64,000 bases of DNA from Chromera velia (Eukaryota), in NCBI GenBank assembly GCA_018398765.1, contig JAHBMJ010000288.1:62001-126000 (forward strand). The letters run 5' to 3'. The translations under genes were made by a program, and so were the position numbers. Shown piece by piece: positions 1 to 9,893 of this stretch; within the stretch, counting starts at the first letter, position 1, and each line of letters starts with the position of its first letter. Below the pieces are notes generated by a model that searched no databases, was not told the DNA's origin, and saw nothing but the letters and a program-made list of their open reading frames with translations.

Positions 1-466
1 TTGGTTGTATGGTTGGTGGTTTCTTCTTCAGTCTGGTGTGTGCTCAAGAACGCCAAGGAAACGGAGGAGATCGAAGATGCAAATCCTCAAACGACTTTCC
101 CAATGAAAGTGTGAATTCAGCACCTTCTTTTTCTTCACTGATGGTTCTGAAGGCAGATCGATCGAGTTGAAGGAACAACCTCTCTTTCTGGTTTTGATGT
201 CGATCGTCCTTCCTCTCTTTGTTTCTGTGCGGCACACATCCATCTGCCTTTTCTTTTGTCTTGCGCTATTTGTTGCTGGCTGCCTTCTCACGCACGACTT
301 TCCTAGATCCATTCCGCATGGGAATGTTTTTTTCTTCTCTCCGCAATCGGGGCACTGAATTTTCGTCTGGGGCCCCTCCCCTCTCAGGAGCGTTTCTTCC
401 TTTGAGAAAGCACGATCGACACTTTCAGACTTCCTTCGATGGCTCTGGTCTCTCCGGTTGTAGGCC

Positions 467-503
<37 letters not shown>

Positions 504-518
504 TGTGCCTCTGTGCAG

Positions 519-700
519 GCCGTGCGACTGCAAAAGATTCATGAGGAGCAGGAACAAAAGAGATTCGTCCTCGAGAGGGAGGTGGGTTTACTGCCTTTAC
601 TGTTTTTGCTCTCTTGTCTTTCAGTCTGCCCTCATCCCGTCATGCTTCCTTCTCTTTACTTTGGAATCTGCCTCTCTGTCCATTTGTTCAGACATATTGG

Positions 701-735
<35 letters not shown>

Positions 736-1500
736 GTCTGTCGGACAGTCAGCCAATCATCCATTCCGTCAGCCAGCTAGCCAGCCATCAAACCCTATGT
801 CAGCGTCAGAGTGTTTGTGCTTCGTACAGCTTCTTTTAGAATCTCCCCCTCGTGTCTTGTCAACTTCTGTCTTTGTCTGGCTGGCTATCTGACTACTTAC
901 TTATTTATCTGCATGCAGTTGATGTCAATGGAGAAAGCGCTGCCAGAATTGGAGCGCAGAGAGATGCAATGCCTCGAGAGGCTCCAGAACTCCCGGTCAG
1001 CCCTGCCGTTCTTCTTCCCTCACTCAGTTCAGACAGAAAGTTTGTGCATGGATTTTCGATCTTCTTCGGTTGCGCGCGAGGGACTTAGACAGAGGGGAGG
1101 CGGGATAAGGAGTAAGCGCCAGCCAGCGACACCGTGCACCGAGCAGCAACTGTGCATGCGTGGCTTTTCTGGGCCAGGGAGATGAAAAGTTTTTAACAAG
1201 ATGAGCGAGGGACGAGAAAAAGCGCAGAAGGCAAGAAGCAGGTCTTTTCTTGCCGCCCCTTTCCTTCTCAATCTTGCATTTCCTCTCTCTTATCTTAATT
1301 TTGTGCTTTGCGAAGATGCCCGCCTCTCGATCGATCAATTCTTCTTTCCTTCCTTCCTTTTCGCATGCTTGCAGACTGGTGACCCAAGCAGTCCTGCAGG
1401 AACTCGAGAGCTCTCTCGGGCAGACTTCTCCTGTAAGCACTCTGCTGCGGTCAGTCAGGACGCCTTTGTGTTTCTGCATGTCTCCGTTCATTCATGCCCG

Positions 1501-1531
<31 letters not shown>

Positions 1532-1540
1532 GTCTTTCTG

Positions 1541-1571
<31 letters not shown>

Positions 1572-1580
1572 GTCTTTCTG

Positions 1581-1611
<31 letters not shown>

Positions 1612-1636
1612 GTCTTTCTGTCTTTCTGTCTTTCTG

Positions 1637-1667
<31 letters not shown>

Positions 1668-1728
1668 GTCTTTCTGTCTTTCTTTCTTTCTTTCTTTCTT
1701 TCTGTCTTTCTGTCTTTCTGTCTTTCTG

Positions 1729-1759
<31 letters not shown>

Positions 1760-1816
1760 GTCTTTCTGTCTGTCTGTCTTTCTTTCTTTCTTTCTTTCTG
1801 TCTTTCTGTCTTTCTG

Positions 1817-1851
<35 letters not shown>

Positions 1852-2752
1852 GTCTTTCTGTCTTTCTGTCTTTCTTTCTTTCTGTCTTTCTTTCTTTCTT
1901 CCTTCCTTCCTTCCTTCCTTCCTTTCTTTCTTTCTTTCTGCCTTTCTTTCTTTCTTTCTTTCTTCCTTTCTCATTGTGTCAGTTGATGGAACCATTGATT
2001 CATTTATGCCTGCATGATAAGCCAGCGAGGCATTCAAGAGAATCACTTTCACACTTCGATCTCTATGGCTGCAATCGATCAAGAGAGAGACGACACCCAC
2101 CGCTGTTCTTTCTACTCTCTTCTTCCTTCACCTTGTTTCTTCACGCTTCTCCCTTCGTTTGACGCAACGATGATGGTGATGAGGAGGATACCTCCTGCAG
2201 GATATGCAGTTACTTGAATTCTGTATGAAAGTAAATGCAAAAAAACAAAATCATGAGGATACTTCCTGCAGGACCCGCACCACCCCCGGAGGCACCAGAC
2301 ACCGAAGCAGCACCACCAACGTCAGAGCGGGAGGAGGAGAGAACGAGACGATGATGATGCGTCCTGCCACGCAGCAGGCAGAGGAGGCCAACGGCAGGGT
2401 CTTCCAGAAACCTGCCGAGAGGGCCCGCGCAATTCCAACAGGCACCACTTCCGCCACCCCTCCGCCGTTCCCTGGAGTCTCTTCCGCTGCCATGCCCCCC
2501 CACTGGTCCCCTGACTCTCCGTATGCCCAGATGGATAGGAAAGAGAAGCAAACAGCCGACGGGGAGATGGAGAATGGAGTGGGACTGTCACACGATCATG
2601 TCACTGCAGACCTCGCTGCCCGTTTCTCCCAAGCCGTCACGTTCCCCCCCGCCCAGCCTGTCGGCGTCTCTCCTCCCTCTGCTCCTGCTGCCGTCATTCC
2701 GGCGGGTGGAGACGCCATGGAGGCGGGGTGTGTGGACTCCTCAGATCCCTAG
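519..2752 (+). CDS. 3' part of a multi-exon coiled-coil protein gene of unknown function (exons 519-581, 919-995, 1375-1449, 2272-2752; 5' exons upstream or unresolved)
   Basis: Four segments bounded by (T)GCAG acceptors and GT donors join in frame (phases 0, 2, 2): AVRLQKIHEEQEQKRFVLERE / LMSMEKALPELERREMQCLERLQNSR / LVTQAVLQELESSLGQTSPVSTLLR / TRTTPGG...VDSSDP-stop. Confidence 0.75.
1501..1971. repeat. Compound (TCTT/TCTG/TCCT)n intronic microsatellite, ~470 bp
   Basis: Directly visible tetranucleotide array inside the intron between exons 1375-1449 and 2272-2752. Confidence 0.97.
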
Positions 2753-3489
2753 AGAGAGGGGGGAGGTGATGGTGAAAGAAGAAAGACTGTATGCTCTGTA
2801 AGGCTTTTTGGGTCTGGGAGCTTCGGCCTTGAGTGCTTTCGTCGGTGTGACAGGGAGACGTAGCGGTTGGATTGTTGTTGGGCCGGTTAGTTTGCGACCC
2901 GACCTGGAACCTAGAATCAAGCTGCAGGCAAAGCAGGCAGGTAGGGAGAAGACGAGGGTCTGTTGAGTTGGCACTGGCATACAGTCAGCAGGCTAGAACA
3001 AATCATGTGGGTCGGAACAGGCAAATTGGGGTTCGCCCATTCTAGAGCCCTTCACACTTTCTTTAGGATGGTGTTTTAGACATTGGCAAACTTGATATTG
3101 TACTTACTACTTAGGATTCAAGTTGTACTTAGTTTTTGATTGATATCATCAAATACAACAGCTAAATACATGGTTACTACTATAGAGTTACTACGAACTT
3201 TTAAGGTTTTAATATGAAGTGTTATATGGTGAAGAATGATTTACTAGCTTATAAATTAAGGATAATAAAGGATATACTACTGATTATTGTAGGTCTATAA
3301 TTGTAGGTAGAAAAGTTCTAAAAAAAAAAGCGGCTTATAGATACTATAATTCAGAAGTTAGAAACAGTCACAGTACAACAGTCTAAGTTTAATCTATAGT
3401 CTTTAATAACATGCATATGAATTGAGGTGGTTAAAGTCGGTGAGCCACCAGTTAGGCTCTGGCCAACCATGGGGCATGACATGCAATGT

Positions 3490-3850
3490 TTTTTTATTAA
3501 CCTAGCGCGTTGATTCATTTACATATAACAACAGTGTCACAACATGAACTCACGCTAATTTAGCTATACACTCCTCAACCGCCCTCATGCCTGCAAGAGG
3601 CTAGAACGACGATATAAGAGCGATCATCTCTTGAGATCGGACTTTCTTTTTATTCTCCCCCACTCCTCTACCAGCTGAGGCAGGCTGAGGTAGCCACTCA
3701 TTGCACAATTTCTACCCGTTTCTCAATGGGCGTGCGCTCTTTTATTCTGCTGATGATTTTGTCAAGCTTCTGTCTCTCTTTCTCTGTGTCTGCACATTCC
3801 GTGAGTAGGTGGATCTCATCATAAACTTTTCTGCCAAAAGAAGCCAACAT
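3490..3850 (-). mobile_element. Decayed 3' fragment of a non-LTR retrotransposon (LINE), covering the C-terminal zinc-knuckle region and an A-rich tail
   Basis: The minus strand reads GRKVYDEIHLLTECADTEKERQKLDKII..., matching the DExHxLxEC half of the CCHC motif at the end of LINE ORF2. It then runs into several stop codons and ends near AATAAAAAAA at ~3490. Confidence 0.5.
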
Positions 3851-4253
3851 ATAGTTAGACATATAGTCAGCATATATATAGTACGTTCATTCTATATAAC
3901 TTTGCCAGGTAACCCCAGATTATACATGCACTACATGCAACTTTCATTTCATATCAATTCAATTCACTATTAATTAATTTTAAATTAAAATTGACATGCA
4001 ACAAGATCAATATCTAGCTAGACATGTAGCTAGTAACCGTAAGACTTATATAAAATCTTGTATCGAAAGCTGCATAAAGCAGAACCGCCAGAACTTATTA
4101 AATTAAAAATATTAGTCAATGAATCAATCAATGAACTAGTCAATGAATCAATCAATGTTGCACAAATTTTATATTTTTAAATATATATTTTCATTCAAAT
4201 TTTTAGAGAGCATGCCGAATGATCATAGCCTGCCGCCGTGAATGGTGTTTGAA

Positions 4254-4556
4254 TCAGCGGATCTGAAAAGAACATCTAGAAGGAAGTTTGCCTTCTGTTT
4301 TCGCCTTTTCAAAAAGAGATCTCCTTCTTTCAGCCACTACGGAAGGAAGATTGCATAAAAAATATTGTAAATTCAGCAGCGCCCCAGGTCTAAGCCTGTC
4401 AAAAAATCCTGCAAGTCCGATATCAGTGATACCGACGTTCTAGCTTATGTTTAAGGAAGTCAAGGTCGGGGCTGGGTATTCTCTGAAAGCTGCGGCCACC
4501 GCAGTGATCGCTTCATCATCAAGACTGCACCTGCAGAGCCGTTAGTCTTTCAACTT
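4254..4556 (-). pseudogene. Severed, decayed original C-terminus of the LRR gene at 5547-7700
   Basis: After removing the insertion and one TSD copy, the frame continues GKRLP-KLKD*RLCRCSLDDEAITAVAAAF..., then after a frameshift LDFLNIS*NVGITDIGLAGFFDRLRPGALLNLQ...AKTEGKLPSRCSFQIR*. This has the same LRR pattern as the upstream ORF. Confidence 0.8.
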
Positions 4557-4564
4557 CGGCAATC

Positions 4565-5546
4565 TACACAGTACGGTTATGCATGCTGGGGGCGAGTGGG
4601 TGCTTTTTGCCCCCCCTTCTGCATAGGAGACCGGCGCTTTTCCGCAAAAAACTCGTCCTCATAATTGATAAGGAGTTAGAAGCTGAAATTTTGTGTAAAA
4701 AGACGTTGTAACGATACAAAAAGAACTATAGAACAGATTTTTTATATTATTTCTAGAAAGATACACTATCATATAAATTTTATGAGTTTCATACCGTTTT
4801 TCTTACCGTTGAAAACCGTTAAAAAATGACCGCAAAATCAAAAAATTTGTATGGCAGCCCATGTTTCTAGAAATGATATAAAAGATATGTTCTATAGTTC
4901 TTTTTCTATCGTTACAACGTCTTCTTACACAAAGTTTCAGCTTCTAACTCTTTGCCAATTATGAGAACGAGTTTTTTGTGGAAATGCGCCGCTTTTAATA
5001 GGGGGGCAAAAAGCACCCCACTCGCCCCCGGCATACGTAGGAGTTACTACCGGCCTCTTTTAGCCAGTAGCGAGTTACCGTCAGTTTGGTAACCATGAGA
5101 TGGTAACCGGCAAACTTGAAGGCGTATACCACTACCATGGTAGTTCAAGGAAAAACTCTGATAAAAGCAGTTGCTAAACCTATTTTAAAGTCTAACCACT
5201 TAAGTTATTAGCAGTGAAATGATCATATTCAAATAATATATGCTATACATATAGTGATATACTAGTTAGAGTTCACTGAGTTCAGTCATAAAATAATAAA
5301 CTGTATCATGAACATTGAATTTTACTATAGAATGAACTTTTAATGAATGCCAAAAATATGATTTTTACTAGTCTAAAATTGGTTTTGTAGGTCAAGTTTG
5401 ACTCAGAATATGGCAGAATCTGCCTGTTTTTAGCTACTACCACTACCATTGGAACACTACTACCGTAACCACAAAATTGGTAACCCGGCGGCCTAGCGGC
5501 CGCCTAGTAACCATCTTACTTTCGTTACTCCTAACCGTACTGTGTA
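4565..5546. mobile_element. Non-autonomous TIR DNA transposon (outer element; hAT-like by its 8-bp TSD)
   Basis: The 8-bp direct repeat CGGCAATC lies at 4557-4564 and 5547-5554. The right end ACTCCTAACCGTACTGTGTA is the exact reverse complement of the left end TACACAGTACGGTTA+GGAGT once the inner insertion is removed. Subterminal GTAAC/GTTAC motifs are repeated, and there is no transposase ORF. Confidence 0.88.
4580..5037. mobile_element. Foldback MITE with ~175-bp imperfect TIRs and a TA target duplication (Tc1/mariner-type signature), nested in the left TIR of the outer element
   Basis: 4580-~4758 (tgcatgctgggggcgagtgggtgctttttgcccccc...tttctagaaa) is the imperfect reverse complement of ~4864-5037 (tttctagaaa...ggggggcaaaaagcaccccactcgcccccggcatacg). 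TA flanks it at 4578-4579 and 5038-5039. Confidence 0.9.
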
Positions 5547-7705
5547 CGGCAATCTCTTCCCTCCCAGGCCCGCTGCTAGAGACGATGCTGCCCCCTCCCC
5601 AGCATTCGTGAAGGAAAGGAGTAGGATCTCCAGGCAAGCCAGCTGGCCTCCTCCCCCCCTAGCTCCCGATTCATTCACACCATCCGAGTCAGACTCAGGA
5701 TCCGTCACTTGAAGAAGCTGGAAGAAGCCGCGCGTGCCGGCTCTACCAAATTCGTTTTGAGAAAGATCTAACACTTTCACTTGGGAGAGGACAGCGACTC
5801 CGAGCGCCTCCATCCCGTCATCATCTAAGCCCACCCCAACCAAACGAAGATTAACCAACCCCTTCAAACCACTACCCAGCAGACGCTTGCACAAAGCTCT
5901 GATCCCTTCCCCCGCCCTTGTGTGAGAGAAATCCAGATCCCAAACACTGCCTAGGCCCTCCCCAGACCCCCCGTCTTGCTGACCGTCACCCCCACACAAC
6001 GCTTCCATGCCTGCCCTCCCAAAATTTCCTCTCGACAACCGCAGATCACCCAGTTGAGGAAAATTCCCACCTCGCACCCCTTCCCCCAAACACACCACAT
6101 CTGGCTCCTGCAAACCGAAATCGTCAAGGACTAGTTGAGACAAAAGAGGCAGCTTCACATCACCAAGCGCTCGAAACAAAGGACTCTCCCTCTCCCCCCC
6201 TTCCTCTTCCCCCCCAGGCTCTCTGAAACTGCAATGCTCTAATCCTACCTGCTTTCTGAAAACCACACTCTCCAAACAACCCAGACGACCCAAACGGAGA
6301 CTCTCTGCAAACGCCGAAAGCATCTCGGCGTTCCCTTCTCTTGCCGCATACAACATCAGATCCAAGTTTTCCCATTCAGGCGCACGCGGGGCTTTCGCGA
6401 GTCCCCCAAAGAACGCGAGAGCTGGCTTGCCGCACAAGCGGACATCCAAACTTCGCAGGAAACGAATCTCTCCGCTGCCCACCACTCGGGCGGTTTCTTC
6501 CTTGACGCTTCTCAACGTAATGGACGGACACATTCTCTCCAACGACGGACGACCTTCAGCAGTCAGAGCAGCAATCAGAGCGTCTGCACCCTCTCCTCCT
6601 ATGTACGACTCATACGCAGCTCGAAAGCCGCGCATGTTCAAAAACTTCAAACGAGGTACGGCAGATGCCCGCAGAGCGCTCGAAAATTCTTTCATGACCC
6701 CATCCAACCTATTCTCTGTCACACGCACATTCTTTAAACTGAGAGTCTCTAACATCGGCAACTCCCCACCGTCCAAACCCGCCACAACCTGCCTAAATAA
6801 TGCACCTGCAAGGCGACAACCATCCATCTCCAGCTCCCGCAGAAACGGAAGCGTGGCGTTCCGGAGACACGGAGAAAACGTGACTGTGTCTGTGTCCCAA
6901 GGAAGCCCTAAGCAAAAGTTATTTCCTCCAAGGGAGAGGCTTTCAATTCGGAGAGGACTCGCAGCGCTGAATGCTTTGGAGATCTTTCTCATCTCCTCAG
7001 TATTCAACCCAGACCTTCTGAGGTTCAGCTCCTTCAAATAAGAGAGCTGTCCCCGCTCCACCAGCTCCTCGACGTTACATCCACAAGCATTACCTTCAAG
7101 GCTGAGCGCCTCCAGACCGTCAGGCAGATGTTTAAAAATCCAATCGGTACCATACCTGCTCAGGTAGGTAGACTCTGCGAAGGTGAGGCTCTTCAGCCTC
7201 CTCCCCTTCACGGCGGACTGGTGCGCCCTCCCCCCGGCAGCCGAAGGAATGGGCTCCCTTTCCACATTCCCGCCCGATTGCTTTTGCAGGAATTCAATGA
7301 GGAGGGGCTCCGCCGTGCCCTTCACTGCCGAGGACCCAAGCGTGAGTTTTTCAACTGAGCCTTGGCAGTCCTCCCAGAAGGAAGAAAATCTTCCGGGGCG
7401 ATAGACTGCACCCGGACACATCGAGAATTGAAATTCGGAACCCAAGAGCACTGGGAGGACCGGACCGAGCCCTCCCATTGTTTGATTATCGCGAGAATCA
7501 GCCACGCCATTCCAAAGCCCTCACGGCTCGACACCATTTCTGACACCCCCTCTGACGTCGGCTCTGCTCTATTTAACAGGGCGTAAAGAGCTGATTCCTG
7601 CAGGGACTCCTGTCCAGGACCCGCGCACGAGGAGCTGCGGCCACACACAACTGCCTGAGAGCTCATCTGGGAGGCAGCCGAATCAAAAGAGAGATCGCGA
7701 AACAA
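5493..7705 (-). CDS. Intronless leucine-rich-repeat (RNI-like) protein, 3'-truncated by the transposon and apparently frameshifted near 7460-7500 (possible pseudogene)
   Basis: The 670-codon ORF has repeated LxxLxLxxN/C units (LEALSLEGN, LKELNLRRS, IESLSLGGNN, LRELEMDGC, VKVLDLSQN). Its last 17 codons are transposon-derived. The overlapping ORF 7322-7705 in another frame supplies plausible upstream coding sequence. Confidence 0.8.
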
Positions 7706-8053
7706 GTCCCCGAAGAGACCGCAAAGTGGGGCAACGAGACGTGAAGTGTTTGAGAGACCAACTGACTGAAACAGACCCTTTGGGGCAGCGCATGGAAGGT
7801 CTGTCGATACGAAGACAGCATGTAATCAGGAGAAGATAATCAATGCCTTCTTTGAGCCTTGAGAGAGTCTATGACAGAGAGACCGAGAGAGAAACACTGT
7901 ATTGATTAAGAGACTTCACGATGACGTCATGCGCCGGCCAAGACGACTGACGCACGCAAGCTGCCGCCACGTGCGATCGATCGAACGGCGCCCCTTCAGC
8001 AGACTCGTTGCCATCGGCCATTTTCCTTTTCGCAGGCGGATAATCAGAGGCAC

Positions 8054-9262
8054 TCATGCCCCGGCCTTCCTTCTCTTGGGAGAAACCCCCATCTGAAGGA
8101 GCGAAACAACCACCCCCTCCATCTCACTCTCACAGGCCTCATTTAAGGCCTGCCCCAACAAATCCCCCCTGCGGGTCTCGCTCGACAGCTCTGCCGCTTT
8201 CTCTGCCAGAGCTTTCAGTGTTTTGATCAACCGTTGCTCTGCTTCTCTTTTTTTGGATTCATTATACCAACCCGACGTCCCCTCAAAGGCCAACCTGATC
8301 ATCCTCGTTCCCTCTTTGCCCCCAAGGGCGATCTCACGAGCTGCCAGCAGGGCAGCAACTGCTTCGGGTTCGGAGACGAAACAGGCCAAGCCCAGACAGC
8401 ACATCTCTCGGGCAGAATAGGTGCTTGTCCACTCAAGACACCTGGACTTGGATGCGGAGCTGACCGCAACTATTCGGTGGAGAAGTCTGAGCTTCTGGGA
8501 ATGCGTTTCCTGTGTGTGGGTGCTGTGAGCTCTCCAGAATTTCACGAGGAGAGAGTGGAGGGGGGTTTTGCCAGGACAGAAACGAGTTTGGTCCCAACGC
8601 GGCTTTCCTACGCGACCTCCATTCTCCTCCTCCAGCCACTCGCAGACGTCTGTCCGAGCGCCTGCTTCAAGCAGGTATTCGGCACACTCAAAATTGTTTG
8701 CCTCGTTCATCACGATCAAGAGGGGCGCCCAATATTTTGTGTTCCCCCGCTCCACTTCGAACCACGCGTCCGGATGGAGCGCTCGTTGTTCAATCAAAGT
8801 CCGCAGACTCTCTTTGTCAATTTTCTCCACAGAGGATGCTGAAAACACTTGAGGGGCATAGAGCGAGGCCGACTGCGAGAGAGAAGCAACGCAACGCCGC
8901 GATTGCTTCTCACATGCTCGTCGCAGAAGCGCGGGAAAGCGGCGCTGGAGGTCTAGAGTGTTGACCTCCTGGAGGTGCTTGAGGGCTGTCACGTCGTCCC
9001 TGTCGATGCAGTCGTGGACAAGAGAACGCAACTCAGAACGCTCCGAAAGAGGAACCTGGTTCTCTGGGGAGAAAACATCCTTCAGGCAGTCTTTCTGTCT
9101 CAACACACGGAGTTCTGTCGAAAGAGACGACAGCTTCCAGAAGAGACGGACACCCAAAACAGCACTGGCACAGACTTTATGACAAACGTCACGTTTTTCA
9201 GTGTCCGACGTGCTGGACGTCCCTGACTCTTTATGGCCCAGAGAAGATTCGGCCAGACCCAT
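8054..9262 (-). CDS. Intronless ankyrin-repeat-like protein (402 aa, probably prematurely terminated)
   Basis: Ankyrin-type helices are visible: APLLIVMNEANNFECAEYLLEAGA, GKTPLHSLL, ALNEACESEMEGVVVSLLQMGVSP. Ankyrin-like sequence continues past the TGA. Confidence 0.7.
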   Translation of the reverse strand: MGLAESSLGHKESGTSSTSDTEKRDVCHKVCASAVLGVRLFWKLSSLSTELRVLRQKDCLKDVFSPENQVPLSERSELRSLVHDCIDRDDVTALKHLQEVNTLDLQRRFPALLRRACEKQSRRCVASLSQSASLYAPQVFSASSVEKIDKESLRTLIEQRALHPDAWFEVERGNTKYWAPLLIVMNEANNFECAEYLLEAGARTDVCEWLEEENGGRVGKPRWDQTRFCPGKTPLHSLLVKFWRAHSTHTQETHSQKLRLLHRIVAVSSASKSRCLEWTSTYSAREMCCLGLACFVSEPEAVAALLAAREIALGGKEGTRMIRLAFEGTSGWYNESKKREAEQRLIKTLKALAEKAAELSSETRRGDLLGQALNEACESEMEGVVVSLLQMGVSPKRRKAGA

Positions 9263-9549
9263 TCTTCACAGAAGCGTTCAAAAAATTGGAAGCATAAGCA
9301 GCGATACAGAGGAACAAAAATGGCGTCCTCCAATTGACAGATTAGTTAGCCGTCTCCGATTTCCAGGAGACGTTTGACTGAGAATGGAAGCGAAAGTGGA
9401 GGAGACACCACGCAGTCAACCTACAAGGACACAGTGGAACAGGGGAGGAATACATCTACACTCACGTGACTGGACCGAAAAGACGAGCTACCTCAACTCC
9501 AATGATCTTCCAAGATTCTCCCGGCCTGCAGCTGTGAAATCTTAGTTCC

Positions 9550-9650
9550 ACGCGAGACGCTTGAGAGACGCGCCCCGAAATTCCGAAATTCCCGCGCGCT
9601 TTCCCGCGCGGCTGACACACCGCGCGCGCCGCCCCATGCAGCCTGCATGC
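9550..9650. promoter_or_regulatory. CpG-rich bidirectional promoter core with E2F-like sites
   Basis: ATTCCCGCGC (9588-9597), TTTCCCGCGC (9600-9609), GCGCGCGC and TGCATGC lie between the divergent ATGs at 9262(-) and 9894(+). Confidence 0.5.
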
Positions 9651-9893
9651 GAGGACGATCGAACCCAAACCCAAGCTGTAGATGGATATCGCACTAGCGG
9701 TCGGTTCAATTTGTGTTTTTCAATTCTCTTTCGATCTCTCTCACGGTTCAGAGGTAGCATTATCCTTCATCACACTTCTTCGATGAATCATTCCAACCTT
9801 CCCGCCCCCACCAGAAACTGGTCTGGCGTATTGCCCTAATCGAACTTATTGACTAAAAACAAAAGAGCTGCCGTCTCGTCTTGATTCTTCGCA

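Noticed and set aside
1201..2162. Long overlapping ORFs (SFFL/ERKK repeats)
   Set aside because: They are translations of a stop-free TCTT microsatellite inside an intron.
8054..8057. ATGA stop/start overlap suggesting prokaryote-style translational coupling of the ankyrin ORF and the 62-aa ORF
   Set aside because: The sequence after the stop is better explained as a degenerate ankyrin repeat of the same gene. The overlap is likely coincidental.
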